Of a DNA stretch of 64,000 nucleotides, positions 1 to 10,233 are shown one piece after another; the stretch's first letter is position 1, and each line of letters begins with the position of its first letter. Under the pieces are notes generated by a model. It searched no databases and was not told the DNA's origin. It saw nothing but the letters and a program-made list of their open reading frames with translations. The position numbers and the translations under genes were made by a program. The stretch is from assembly GCF_010672525.1 (NCBI RefSeq), contig NZ_JAAHGH010000039.1, positions 41-64,040 of the forward strand. Direction: 5' to 3'. The DNA comes from Okeania sp. SIO2B3 (lineage in GTDB: Bacteria; Cyanobacteriota; Cyanobacteriia; Cyanobacteriales; Microcoleaceae).

Positions 1-3000
1 AGTGTTAAATAAGGGGTCAATTACTTCACTGAGCTGTTCGTATATTTGTTGGTTGAATATATCTTGCCAGCTTTCTACTTGAGTTTCTGATATTTCTGGG
101 TCATAATTATTACTGGTTTGGCTTTCCGTTACTATATATGCAACTAAGCGTTTTTCCCCTAAATTGTCAATCTGTGCTTTGACTGCTGTTTCTTTGACAA
201 ACGAATTTTGATTGAGAATTGTTTCTATTTCTGCTGTTTCTATTCGATATCCTCTGATTTTTACTTGGTTGTCAATGCGACCCAAAAATTCTATGTTCCC
301 ATCTGGCAAATAACGTACTAAGTCTCCCGTTTTATATAATTTGGTAGTGTTTGAGTCATCAAAGGGGTTAGCTATGAATTTGGCCGCTGTTAACTCTGGG
401 CGGTTGTGATACCCTGTTGCTAGTCCATCCCCTCCTATGTGTAGTTCTCCTGGCACTCCTATGGGAACTGGTTGATTATTGGCATCCAGGATGTATACTT
501 GAGTATTAGATATTGGCTTACCAATAGGTACTGATTTTTCTATCTGGCTGTTAGCTTTGACTGGAAAACAGCAAGTGAATGTTGTATTTTCTGTAGGACC
601 ATAACCATTTATTAGTTGACATCCTTCCAGTTGTTCTACTACTTTCTGCACATGGGTTATGGATAATACGTCTCCTCCTGCCAATAGTTGCTTCAATGGT
701 TTTAAGTTTTCTAGTTGCTCTTCTACCATCAACTGGAATAACCCTGCTGTTAACCATAAGGTTGTCACTTGGTTTTCCCTGATAGCTGCTCCTATTTCTG
801 CTAGGGATGGCTGATGGGGTGGCATTAATACTAATGTGCCTCCATTGAGCAGGCTCCCCCAAATTTCTAAGGTGGCTGCATCAAAAGATATAGGTGCTAG
901 TTGTAAAAATACGTCTTCTTTTGTGAGGTTAATATAGTTGGTATTTTTTACCAGTCGTACTACCCCTTGATGTCTGATGTTAACTCCTTTCGGTTCACCT
1001 GTCGAGCCGGAGGTGTACATTACATATGCGTGATGTTTTGCTGTTATTGATACTGTTAAGTTTTCTGAATTTGCTGTAGCTAATGTTTGTTGCTCTGTGT
1101 CTAGATATATTAATTGAGTTACTGTTTCTGGTAGGTGATGTTGCCATTTCTCTTGAGTCAATATGATGGATAGTTGAGTGTCTTCCACCATATAATTCAG
1201 CCGCGACTTAGGATAATTCGGGTCTAATGGCACATAAGCTCCTCCAGCTTTGAGTATGGCTAATAAACCAATTACCATCTCCAAGGAACGCTCATAGCAA
1301 ACACCCACTAGCACTTCTGCTCCCACTCCCAACTTTTGTAAATAATGAGCCAGTTGGTTGGCTTTGCTATTCAACTGGCAGTAAGTTAGCTCTTGTCCTT
1401 CAAATACTACTGCTATTGCATCCGGTGTTTTTTCTACCTGTTCGGCAAATATCTCATGGATACACTTTTCTCTGGGATAATCTGTTTTCGTGTTATTCCA
1501 TTCCACCAATAACTGTTGCTGTTCGCCGTCACTCATCAAAGGTAGTAGACTAATAGGTTGTTCTGGAGTCCTAACTATTGCCTCTAGTAAAGTTTCATAG
1601 TGCGACAACATTCGGCTAATAGTTTCCGCCTCAAACAAGTCTTTGTTGTAAGCACACCATACCTTTAATTCTTCTTTTTCCTGCCATAGATGAAATTCTA
1701 AGTCCATCCGCACTGTCATCTCAATTCCAGTCATGGAAAATAAACTCATTTCTAAGTTAGGCAGACTAAAGTTTGACATGAATGCCTCAGCTTGCTGAAC
1801 GGCAAATGCTACTTGAAATAGAGGGTTATGCTGCAAAGAACGCTCTGGTTGCAATTCATCTACCAATTTCTCAAAAGGTAAGTCTTGGTTAGCATAAGCT
1901 TCTATTGCTGTCTCTCGAACTCTATTCAATACCTCCAGGAAACTAGGTTTTCCTTCAAGGTTTGTATACATGACTAGAGAATTAACAAAAAAACCAATCA
2001 AACCCTCAATTTCTTGGCGGTTGCGGTTAGCACTAGGCGAACCAACTACTATCTTTTCCTGACCACTATAACGATACAGTAACACTTTAAAAGCTGCTAA
2101 CAGAGTGATAAATGGAGTTACACCTTGCTGCTGGCTAAGTTGGTTCAATTTGGCTGTCAGTTCTGTAGAGAAACTGTAAACCTGCTCTTCACCCCGGAAT
2201 GTTTCGATGGCAGGTCGGGGATGGTCTGTTGGCAGTTGCAGTTGGGGGAGTTCTTTGAGTTTTTCCTTCCAGTAGTTAAGTTGTGTTTCTAGGACAGAAC
2301 CTTGCAACATATCGCGTTGCCAGACTGCAAAGTCAGCATACTGCACTGGTAATTCTGGCAATGCTAAAGGTTGGTTGGTAACTCCAGTTTCATAACAAGC
2401 TGCAAGTTCTTCTGCTAATACTGTCATGGACCAGCCATCTGCAGCAATATGGTGTAACACCACTAGCAAGAAATTTTCCTTTTCCCCCAACTTAAATAAC
2501 TTAGCTCGTATTGGTGGGTCTTGTTCTAGATTAAACTGTTGCTGATTTTCCTGTTGCAGCAACTCTAGGAGTTTTGCTTTCTGTGGAGATGATGTCAACC
2601 CACTCAAGTCTACTATTGGCAGTTCTAGTTCATAAGAAGATTGGATTACTTGTACGGGTGCATCATCAATTTCCTTAAATGTAGTTCTGAGAGTTTCGTG
2701 ACGAGCTATTAGCTGGTTAAGACTCTGCTGTAGAGCTTCTAGCTGTAGTTCACCTTTTAGATGCAACGTCAATGGTATATTATAAGCGTTGCTAACTATG
2801 CCTAATTGCTCTAGAACCCACAGTCGTTGTTGAGCAAATGATAATGGTAGTAAATTGTCATTTCGCTCAATAGGTATAAGTGGAGGTTCCTCGTTATCTA
2901 GATCCTCTAAATTAGCTTGCTGTAAAAAAGTAATAATTTCTTGCTTATACTCAGTTAGTTGAGTCCGTAGTTCTGAGGTCAAAACTCCTTCTGGTGCTTT

Positions 3001-3081
3001 ACAGCGTAATTTCCCATCCTCAACCCAGAGCTTAATATCTTGATTAACTAGCTCTAATAAAAAGTTCTCTAGTGTTTTCAC
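1..3081 (-). CDS. Non-ribosomal peptide synthetase, 5' portion (C domain, A domain, beginning of an embedded methyltransferase-like insert); gene continues past the window start
   Basis: Absent from the ORF track because the window edge truncates it. My translation of the minus strand starts at GTG 3081, which overlaps the upstream gene's stop as GTGA: VKTLENFLLELVNQDIKLWVEDGKLRCKAPEG... It shows a C-domain His motif LHHIAADGWS (~2431-2461), A3 MYTSGSTGEPKG (~990-1030) and A8 KIRGYRIE (~240-265). It then reads ...ETQVESWQDIFNQ...DPLFNT, which resembles the start of MT inserts in A domains. The frame stays open to nt 1. Confidence 0.85.
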   Translation of the reverse strand, partial: MKTLENFLLELVNQDIKLWVEDGKLRCKAPEGVLTSELRTQLTEYKQEIITFLQQANLEDLDNEEPPLIPIERNDNLLPLSFAQQRLWVLEQLGIVSNAYNIPLTLHLKGELQLEALQQSLNQLIARHETLRTTFKEIDDAPVQVIQSSYELELPIVDLSGLTSSPQKAKLLELLQQENQQQFNLEQDPPIRAKLFKLGEKENFLLVVLHHIAADGWSMTVLAEELAACYETGVTNQPLALPELPVQYADFAVWQRDMLQGSVLETQLNYWKEKLKELPQLQLPTDHPRPAIETFRGEEQVYSFSTELTAKLNQLSQQQGVTPFITLLAAFKVLLYRYSGQEKIVVGSPSANRNRQEIEGLIGFFVNSLVMYTNLEGKPSFLEVLNRVRETAIEAYANQDLPFEKLVDELQPERSLQHNPLFQVAFAVQQAEAFMSNFSLPNLEMSLFSMTGIEMTVRMDLEFHLWQEKEELKVWCAYNKDLFEAETISRMLSHYETLLEAIVRTPEQPISLLPLMSDGEQQQLLVEWNNTKTDYPREKCIHEIFAEQVEKTPDAIAVVFEGQELTYCQLNSKANQLAHYLQKLGVGAEVLVGVCYERSLEMVIGLLAILKAGGAYVPLDPNYPKSRLNYMVEDTQLSIILTQEKWQHHLPETVTQLIYLDTEQQTLATANSENLTVSITAKHHAYVMYTSGSTGEPKGVNIRHQGVVRLVKNTNYINLTKEDVFLQLAPISFDAATLEIWGSLLNGGTLVLMPPHQPSLAEIGAAIRENQVTTLWLTAGLFQLMVEEQLENLKPLKQLLAGGDVLSITHVQKVVEQLEGCQLINGYGPTENTTFTCCFPVKANSQIEKSVPIGKPISNTQVYILDANNQPVPIGVPGELHIGGDGLATGYHNRPELTAAKFIANPFDDSNTTKLYKTGDLVRYLPDGNIEFLGRIDNQVKIRGYRIETAEIETILNQNSFVKETAVKAQIDNLGEKRLVAYIVTESQTSNNYDPEISETQVESWQDIFNQQIYEQLSEVIDPLFNT

Positions 3082-6000
3082 AGCTCAATTTCCTCCCATT
3101 TTTCTTGATTGTTAGAAGCAGTTTGTAGTTGTTTGGCCAAAGATAATTGATTCTTGCTATTTGCCTCAATTTCAATGCTTAACTCAGCTACAGTAGGTTT
3201 TTCAAACAACTTACCTACAGGTAGCTTTACCTTCAAAGTTTCCTGCACTCTGGAAACCACTTGAATCATCTTCAGAGAATCACCTCTCAACTCAAAGAAG
3301 TTATCGTGAATACCCACACTAGACAAGCCCAAAACTTCCTGGAAAATACCTACAAGCTTGCTTTCAGTATCATTTCTGGGCTGAGTTTGTCGGCGATCGC
3401 CAGAACTACGACCACCTACTAACTGTTCTCGATCTATTTCTCCAGTCTCAGTCTGTGGCATTTGTTCCAGTTGCACCCACTGACAATGAGTTGGTTGACC
3501 AAAGCGATCGCTCACCTGCCATTCTGGTAATTTCACTTTAGCCAATTCACCAGTCTTTTTAGCTGTAAAGTACCCAGTAAACTGTTGCCTGCTTTCACAT
3601 TTCCCAGAATATTTTTTCATCAGCGGTTTACTATCATCTAAACCCACTATTAGATTATTCTTTCCATGACCTAAAACTGCTAACAAAGAATATATCCCTT
3701 GTAATGGTGAAATTTCATAGTAACCCTTGGCACGACTTTGTTCTTTCATTTGATAACCTTGACTCATACCCGTCTCATCCCACATACTCCATGCCAAACA
3801 ATAGCTTTGTATATTACTATGAATTCTTTGGCGATCGCAGAAAGCTGTTTGAAAACTATTAGCTGCTGCATAAGCACCCACACCTATTCCTCCAAAGAAA
3901 CCATTGACTGAGGCAAAATGGATGAACAAACCATCACTATTATGCTCTTTTAGTAATTGATGTAACACCCAAGTTCCTAATACTTTTGGTCGTAACACTT
4001 TTGCTAGAGTTTCTTTAGTTTCTGTTAATAGCAGTTTATCCTCTAAAACTCCAGCTAGATGAATTACTCCATCTAATTTACCTCCCCATTTTGATAATGC
4101 GTCTGTTACTACCTGCTGCAACTCAGACAAATTGCATATATCTACAGCTTGATATGTTACTGTTCCTAGTTGCTGCAATTGTTGATATGCCTGATTTTTT
4201 TCTGATGTTACCAGGTCGTTTTTAGCCACGAGGGAACTTCTACCCACTAATATTAGTTTTGCTTGGTAATGCTCTAACAGATATTTAGCAATTTCTCTAC
4301 CTATTCCTCCTAAACCTCCACTAATTAGATAAATACCACCCTCCTTAAAAGGCAATTGCTTTTGTTCTGCTGATGCAAAGTTCACTGCTTCTATACCAGA
4401 TACAAGGCGTTTTCCTTCTCGATATGCTACTTCTGCTACTGGAGAAACATCAAACAATTCTTGCCATAAATAATTGCCATTTATTTCTACCTCTTCTATT
4501 GGCAAATCAATGTGACGACAACTTAACCAAGGCATTTCCTGGGGAATAGTTTTTAGTAACCCTAAAACTGTCGATTTTTCACAATCAATTTTATCTGTTG
4601 GTAAAACTGACTGACTGTAACTGCTAACACACAATAATTGCACTTCATGTTGGCTACCTTGATTTTTTTCTAATTCTTGAACTAAAGATAACAAACTATA
4701 AATCTCTTGGCTATAAGAATCTTCTAGACTTTCTATATTGGCTATTTCTGCTGAATATTCTTTGTATTGAACTAGATATATTATTCTGCTAATAGGTGTT
4801 TTTCTTGTTGCTATTAACTTGAATAATTCTTGATAACTTTCTTGTTCTCCAGCCACAATTGAGTAGCTATTTTCATTTATTTGTTTAAATTCTGAACCTG
4901 TTTCTATTTGAATATAAGGTTGATTAGTTTTATGTGATTTTTTACATAACCAATTTCCTAATCCCAAACCATCAATAAATACTAAAGTTAAACCCTGACT
5001 TACATATTGACTAATTAAAGCTTCTTTTCGACCCCAAACTTGTTGGTAAAACCAGTCAGGAATAGTATTACTATTTTCCAGTAATAAATCGACCTGCTTC
5101 TGACTAGACCTAAATTCACCAGCTTCAAAACTTTGTTTGAGTTGTGTACGTTGAATTTTTCCAATTGCTGTTTTGGGAATTATTTCTTGGTCTACAGGAA
5201 TTAAATAATCTGGATTAATACCGATAGATTTGACTACAGTAGAACGCATTTCTTTGAGCAATTCTTTCAATTCATTATCGTCTGTTTTTTTGGTGCTAAA
5301 AAATATAGCTAACTTATCTGTATTAGTTTCAGCATCTCGAATTGCACAAGCCGCAGTATAAGAAACTTCTATTCCTGATAATTCTTCGACAACTGCTTCT
5401 ATTTCATGGCTATAATAGTTGAGACCGTTAATAATAATAACATCTTTTTGTCGTCCAGTAATTGTTAAATGCCCAGCTTTGAGAAATCCTAAATCTCCCG
5501 TATTAAACCAGCCATCTTCTGTAAAAGCTTCTTGGGTAGCAACTGCATTTTGATAATAACCTGATGTGACAGATGCTCCTCTAACTTGTAAAAATCCCAC
5601 AACACCTTCTGCAACTACTTGCTGATTAACATCAACAATTCTCAAACAAGCACCCGAAATTGGTTTCCCAAGCTCCACAAATTTATCCTCATCAGATGAA
5701 GCTTCCAGAGAAAAACTATTTGACCAGGTAATACCAGAACAAGTTTCACACATTCCAAAAGCTGGATGAATAGCTTTTGAGGATAAACCATGAGGACTTA
5801 AAAGTTTAAGAAAGTTTCTCGCAGTTTTCGTTACTATTGCTTCTCCTGCATTCACTAAAAATCTCATTGAAGACAAATTCCAGTTTCGTTTTTTGACTTC
5901 TTGTATCCGATCGCCAATCAGAGTAAAGGCAAAATTAGGAGCCCAACTAATTGTAGCTTGATAATTGTCAATTAAATCTAACCATTTTAAAGGATTTTGT

Positions 6001-9000
6001 AAAATCAACTCTGTGGGGACATGAATCTGCTGACATCCTAAATCTACGGCCATTATACTCAAAAATACTAAGGCTCCTACATGATCCATTGGCATCCAGT
6101 TCAATGTAACATCCTGACTAGAAAATTGGTTCATTTTAATAGTCCCAACAGACATACTCAATAAATTACAGTGCTTGAGCATGACTGCTTTTGGTTTGCC
6201 CGTGCTACCAGAAGTCAGTAACAATATTGCCAAATCTTCTGGCCTACTGTTGTAAATATTCCTATCTGGTTCACACTCTTGTAGCCTTTCCAGTGTTTCT
6301 AGCTCCAAGTTTTCTAAATTGGATTTTTGAAACCATTCCTTAATTTTTGGTGCTAACTGACTATCTGTCAATATCAATGGCTTTTCCAACATATACCAGA
6401 TATTTTCCAGTTTACTCAAAGCGTTATTGCCTTGGCCATCACTACGGACAATTGATACTGGTACTGGTATAAATCCTCCTAACAAACATCCCCAAAATGC
6501 ACTAATAAAATCTGGGATTTCTTGAAGTTGAAAAATTACTTTATCTTGAGGTTTAAGACCTAATTTTCTCAATCCTGCTAAAATTATTTGTGCATCTTTG
6601 AGTAAGTCTCCATAAGATTGAATTGATTCTTTCCCATCGCCGTTAATATAAACTATTCCTCGTTCGGAATGCTGTTGTGCTGCTTTTTGTAGTCCTTCTA
6701 CTAGGGTTTGTGGCTGATTTTCTCCTATGATTAATTTACCACCATCACTCAAAGCTGGTATAAATTCTGCTTGATTTTCGGTTGGAGATGAAACTTCAAC
6801 CTCAGACTCTACTGTTGCTGATAATATACCTGCCTTCATTGCATCAGGAACTAAATCTAACACATGAACTGGCCGTCGTACTTTGCTTGTCTTCGGCAAT
6901 AATACCACTGCTGCTTGTTCTACTTCTGGATGAGAGCGTAGTTTTTCCTCCCATTTTTCTCTTAACTGGGAATCTATTACTTCTATACTTGCTAAACTTT
7001 TTTCGTCTATTTGTCCTGATGCTGTTAGGGGTAATGCTGATACCTGTACATAAGCATCTGGCTGCATATTCCTTGGGAACTGTAATTTTAGTTGCTCCAG
7101 AATTAATTCTGTAGATAAGGCATTTGATACTTCCAAATAAGCTACTAATTGTTCCTCTCTTACTAAGACATAGCAGTCTTTTACTTCTGGATGCGATCGC
7201 AAAGCAACTTCAATTTCTTCAAGATTAATTTGCTTCCCTTTTACTCTTACTAACTTATGGATATCACCCCTCCATTCCAGGAAACCATTTGGTAATCTCC
7301 TACCCCACTGTTGAGTTGTTCTAATTAGACCTAGTTGAAAATGTTCGTAGAGTCCACTTGAATTTAAAGGTAGTCCCGATGCAGCGACATATATTTCTCC
7401 GTCTACACCAACAGGAGCCAATTGTTTGTTACTATCTAGGACATAAATAGGTAAATTATCTAGCGATAGTGGAGAGATACAGTTGTTGTTATCTGAATTC
7501 TGACTTATTTCTAATAGCTTTTGTTGTTCTGCTACCGTTAACAATGATAATTGAGCTACTTTTTGTTCTGGATTACTAACAATCGCTTCTAACAGTGTTT
7601 TAATATGGTCTAACCAACGCTTAATTGTAGTATCATCAAATAAATCTACATTGTAATCTAAATTGAACAACAACTCATTTTCTGTTTCCGTAATATCCAA
7701 AACTATATCGTAGGGAACAAACCGTTTCGGAACCGATATCAACCTAGTTTTCAATCCATACATATTTGGCCTATTTCTGATGCGGTCTAGGTTAAATAAT
7801 GTTGATACTAAAATAGGTCTACTTGGGTCTCTTTCAAGAGAGAGTTTAGTCATCAATGTAGGAAATGGATAATCTTGATTTTGATAATCACCTAGTAAAA
7901 TGTCCCTGGTTTTGATTAAAAATTCTGAAAAAGTCAGAGACTCTTCAATATTACTCCTAATAGGCAACACATTATTACAGTAACCTATCATATTTTCACT
8001 ACCTTCAAAACTGCGCCCTCTTGCTGGAGTACCTACTACTATATCTGTATCACCTGTAAGTTTACTTAAGAAAATATTATAGATTGCCAAAAGTGACATA
8101 AATAGTGTACAGCCTTTCTGCCTACTAACTTTTTTTATTTGTTCAAGCAACTCACCATCTAACTTAAGAGTTTGTCTACTACCCCTATAAGTCATTACTG
8201 GTGGACGTAGGCGATCGCTAGGCAAATCCAGAACTGGAATTGAACCAGAAAACTTACTTAACCAGTGTAGTTCACTAGCTGCCATTTTCTCTGTCTGGCT
8301 AATTTGGTTTTGCCACTCTATATATTCTCTAAATTGCATTGGTTTTTCTAATTGGCAGACTTTCCGTTCACATTGGGCTGAGTAAAAAGCTGCTATCTCC
8401 TGCAAAATTATTTCTATGGACAAACCATCATTAATAATATGATGAATTCTTAACACTAGCCAATGCAGTTTCTCTTCCAATTTAAGAATATAAACTCGCC
8501 AGAGAGGGGCTTGCTCAAGATTAAAGGGTTTTTTAATTTTTCCCTCCATCCATTCAGTAACTTTCGCCTCGCGATCCTTAGGCGAAACATTAGAGAAGTC
8601 AATCAAGGGAATCTTGATTGTGCTCTCTGGCAATACCTCCTGAAAATCTCCCTCAGAACATATTCTTGTCCGTAGAGCTTCATGGCGTTCTAAAATCTTT
8701 GGGATTGCTTGTTCCATTGCCTGAAAATCAAATACTCCCTCTAGCTCAAGACACACTTGGTCAACATAAGCTTGTCTGCTGTTTTCATCAAGTTGGTCTA
8801 AAAAACAAAATTGTTTTTGGGCTGCACTCAGAGGAAAGACTACTGATGGCCACCGTTCGGTGTCCTGAATCTCACTTTGGGAGTTTTGATTTTGACCATC
8901 ACGAAGTAGTTCTAAAATTTCCGTTTTGTATTCCTTGAGTATCGCCAATATTGAGTCCATTGAATCGTTATTGGGAGCATCGTAGCATAATTGTCCTTTT

Positions 9001-9062
9001 TCACTCCACAGTTCCCAACCTTGCTTATAAATCTCTTGTAAAAACTCTACTAAATTATTCAT
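3078..9062 (-). CDS. Hybrid NRPS, 1994 aa: C domain / orphan A5-A10-like remnant / acyl-AMP-ligase-like A domain / KR / A9-A10-like piece / carrier domain
   Basis: From the ORF track, in N-to-C order:
- C-domain motif HHIINDGLS (aa 207-215).
- Remnant at aa ~540-690 (PVGVDGEIYV; RGDIHKLVRVKGKQINLEEIE; SGQIDEKSL) with no A1-A4 motifs.
- Full adenylation domain (LLLTSGSTGKPKAV aa ~947-960, NWMPMDHVG, AFGMCET, WFNTGDLG, PKTAIGKIQR).
- KR (ISGGLGGIGREIAKYL ~aa 1580, YAAAN).
- LPEWQV...TETGEIDRE (~aa 1845-1880).
- Carrier motif FFELRGDSLKMIQV (~aa 1922). Confidence 0.88.
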   Translation of the reverse strand: MNNLVEFLQEIYKQGWELWSEKGQLCYDAPNNDSMDSILAILKEYKTEILELLRDGQNQNSQSEIQDTERWPSVVFPLSAAQKQFCFLDQLDENSRQAYVDQVCLELEGVFDFQAMEQAIPKILERHEALRTRICSEGDFQEVLPESTIKIPLIDFSNVSPKDREAKVTEWMEGKIKKPFNLEQAPLWRVYILKLEEKLHWLVLRIHHIINDGLSIEIILQEIAAFYSAQCERKVCQLEKPMQFREYIEWQNQISQTEKMAASELHWLSKFSGSIPVLDLPSDRLRPPVMTYRGSRQTLKLDGELLEQIKKVSRQKGCTLFMSLLAIYNIFLSKLTGDTDIVVGTPARGRSFEGSENMIGYCNNVLPIRSNIEESLTFSEFLIKTRDILLGDYQNQDYPFPTLMTKLSLERDPSRPILVSTLFNLDRIRNRPNMYGLKTRLISVPKRFVPYDIVLDITETENELLFNLDYNVDLFDDTTIKRWLDHIKTLLEAIVSNPEQKVAQLSLLTVAEQQKLLEISQNSDNNNCISPLSLDNLPIYVLDSNKQLAPVGVDGEIYVAASGLPLNSSGLYEHFQLGLIRTTQQWGRRLPNGFLEWRGDIHKLVRVKGKQINLEEIEVALRSHPEVKDCYVLVREEQLVAYLEVSNALSTELILEQLKLQFPRNMQPDAYVQVSALPLTASGQIDEKSLASIEVIDSQLREKWEEKLRSHPEVEQAAVVLLPKTSKVRRPVHVLDLVPDAMKAGILSATVESEVEVSSPTENQAEFIPALSDGGKLIIGENQPQTLVEGLQKAAQQHSERGIVYINGDGKESIQSYGDLLKDAQIILAGLRKLGLKPQDKVIFQLQEIPDFISAFWGCLLGGFIPVPVSIVRSDGQGNNALSKLENIWYMLEKPLILTDSQLAPKIKEWFQKSNLENLELETLERLQECEPDRNIYNSRPEDLAILLLTSGSTGKPKAVMLKHCNLLSMSVGTIKMNQFSSQDVTLNWMPMDHVGALVFLSIMAVDLGCQQIHVPTELILQNPLKWLDLIDNYQATISWAPNFAFTLIGDRIQEVKKRNWNLSSMRFLVNAGEAIVTKTARNFLKLLSPHGLSSKAIHPAFGMCETCSGITWSNSFSLEASSDEDKFVELGKPISGACLRIVDVNQQVVAEGVVGFLQVRGASVTSGYYQNAVATQEAFTEDGWFNTGDLGFLKAGHLTITGRQKDVIIINGLNYYSHEIEAVVEELSGIEVSYTAACAIRDAETNTDKLAIFFSTKKTDDNELKELLKEMRSTVVKSIGINPDYLIPVDQEIIPKTAIGKIQRTQLKQSFEAGEFRSSQKQVDLLLENSNTIPDWFYQQVWGRKEALISQYVSQGLTLVFIDGLGLGNWLCKKSHKTNQPYIQIETGSEFKQINENSYSIVAGEQESYQELFKLIATRKTPISRIIYLVQYKEYSAEIANIESLEDSYSQEIYSLLSLVQELEKNQGSQHEVQLLCVSSYSQSVLPTDKIDCEKSTVLGLLKTIPQEMPWLSCRHIDLPIEEVEINGNYLWQELFDVSPVAEVAYREGKRLVSGIEAVNFASAEQKQLPFKEGGIYLISGGLGGIGREIAKYLLEHYQAKLILVGRSSLVAKNDLVTSEKNQAYQQLQQLGTVTYQAVDICNLSELQQVVTDALSKWGGKLDGVIHLAGVLEDKLLLTETKETLAKVLRPKVLGTWVLHQLLKEHNSDGLFIHFASVNGFFGGIGVGAYAAANSFQTAFCDRQRIHSNIQSYCLAWSMWDETGMSQGYQMKEQSRAKGYYEISPLQGIYSLLAVLGHGKNNLIVGLDDSKPLMKKYSGKCESRQQFTGYFTAKKTGELAKVKLPEWQVSDRFGQPTHCQWVQLEQMPQTETGEIDREQLVGGRSSGDRRQTQPRNDTESKLVGIFQEVLGLSSVGIHDNFFELRGDSLKMIQVVSRVQETLKVKLPVGKLFEKPTVAELSIEIEANSKNQLSLAKQLQTASNNQEKWEEIEL

Positions 9063-9408
9063 AATAGGCCAGCTTAAAATTGGTAAATAATAATAAAATG
9101 ATAGCCCTCAGTATAGCAACTGCCAGGGCAGTTAAGTTATTATGCATTTAAATTAAATTAACTCATAGGGTGACAAGCCCCTCAAAACCATTGTTAAATA
9201 AGAGTTAAGACTATAATATGGGTGTTGAAAATCCAAGTTTTTTTTGATCGGGACTTACGCAAATACAATATATATAGTGCATGGTAAATAGAGCGATCGC
9301 TGAGACAAATCTCTGCTAACGCTATATTAATTTTAATGCGATCCCCCTAAATTTTCTCACCAAAACCCAGAATAACTGGAGTTGAAGGAGAAAGTTTTTT
9401 GATCACTA

Positions 9409-9683
9409 ATTAGGGTTTGCTGATTAACTATAAAAGTATTGACATATAAAGGTTTCAACCTAATAAGGCTGAAAAAAGTGCGCCTGTTTTTGGTAAAGAT
9501 TGCTCAAAAAACTAGCATTTTGTGCAAGAGTTGGGCAGAAAAATTAAGGGACAATTCTTCCAACTACATCCTCTGTAATTCCCATTTCTCCTGTCTCCTG
9601 TCTTCCCCTCCCCTCCCAGGAGGGGCCCGCGGGTGGGTTGTCTCCTACCCTCACCCATAAGACTTTTTCAGCAAACCCTAATT
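9409..9683 (+). mobile_element. MITE family A copy 1 (TIRs ..TAATTAGGGTTTGCTGA / TCAGCAAACCCTAATTA), carrying a CCCCTCCCAGGAGGGG core
   Basis: Terminal inverted repeats read directly. The same ~250-310 bp element recurs 7 times in the window. This copy interrupts a family-B end (GATCACTAATTA|...|TAATTATCCGGACATGATAT). Confidence 0.8.
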
Positions 9684-9748
9684 ATCCGGACATGATATAA
9701 GCCTAAAATATAACGATTGCTTTGGGATGTTCAGAGTTGACAACAGTT

Positions 9749-9925
9749 AATATCATGTCCGTTGGTATAGTCCTGTGTAAAAGTTGGGGAAATATCTACC
9801 GCCATATAAGTAAAATTTTTCCTTTTCTTAAAGCTTCTTGCTTCTTGCTTCTTGCTTCTTGCTTCTTGCTTCTTGCTTCTTGCTTACCTTCTCTATACAA
9901 GACCGATGCTACCGGACATGATATA
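9749..9925. mobile_element. MITE family B copy (TIR AATATCATGTCCG..../....CGGACATGATATA) containing a (GCTTCTT)7 STRR array at 9833-9885
   Basis: Left end AATATCATGTCCGTTGGTATAG. The reverse complement of the right end is TATATCATGTCCGGTAGCATC. The heptamer array was counted directly. Confidence 0.7.
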
Positions 9926-10233
9926 ACCAGTTATTTTACTGCCAAAATAACAGAGTTTCCCGTCAGTCAATTGCAATATTTGGAGGTTGGCGATCGTTGT
10001 GGTACAATAACTTAGATTTTTCCTTCTGCTTTGATTCAGTTGGAGTCATTTCCATTAGATGTAGTGATCAAATTACGGTCAAGCGATCGCTTGTTTCACC
10101 AACGTTGCTAAAGGTGATTATCCAGACTTGAGTTGACAGCGCTTTTCATATTGATCAACCACATCGTCACAATCACGCGGCCAGTAGGGATGTTCCATGG
10201 AACGTCCCTACTGTGGTCTACCCTGTATGATAA

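Noticed and set aside
551-862. 103-aa track ORF on the minus strand
   Set aside because: It lies inside the A domain of the truncated NRPS gene but in a different frame. The NRPS frame carries clear A-domain motifs through this region.
6782-8938. Plus-strand track ORFs 6782-7114, 8463-8675 and 8618-8938
   Set aside because: They are antisense to the 1994-aa NRPS ORF and have low-complexity Leu/Phe-rich composition with no motifs. The same reasoning applies to antisense ORFs inside other long genes (11131-11421, 12721-13049, 17644-17925, 18915-19100, 23855-24109, 25656-25844, 29637-30686, 34431-34616, 36035-36430, 39838-40035, 41109-41628, 41858-42265, 48345-48536, 60232-60456).
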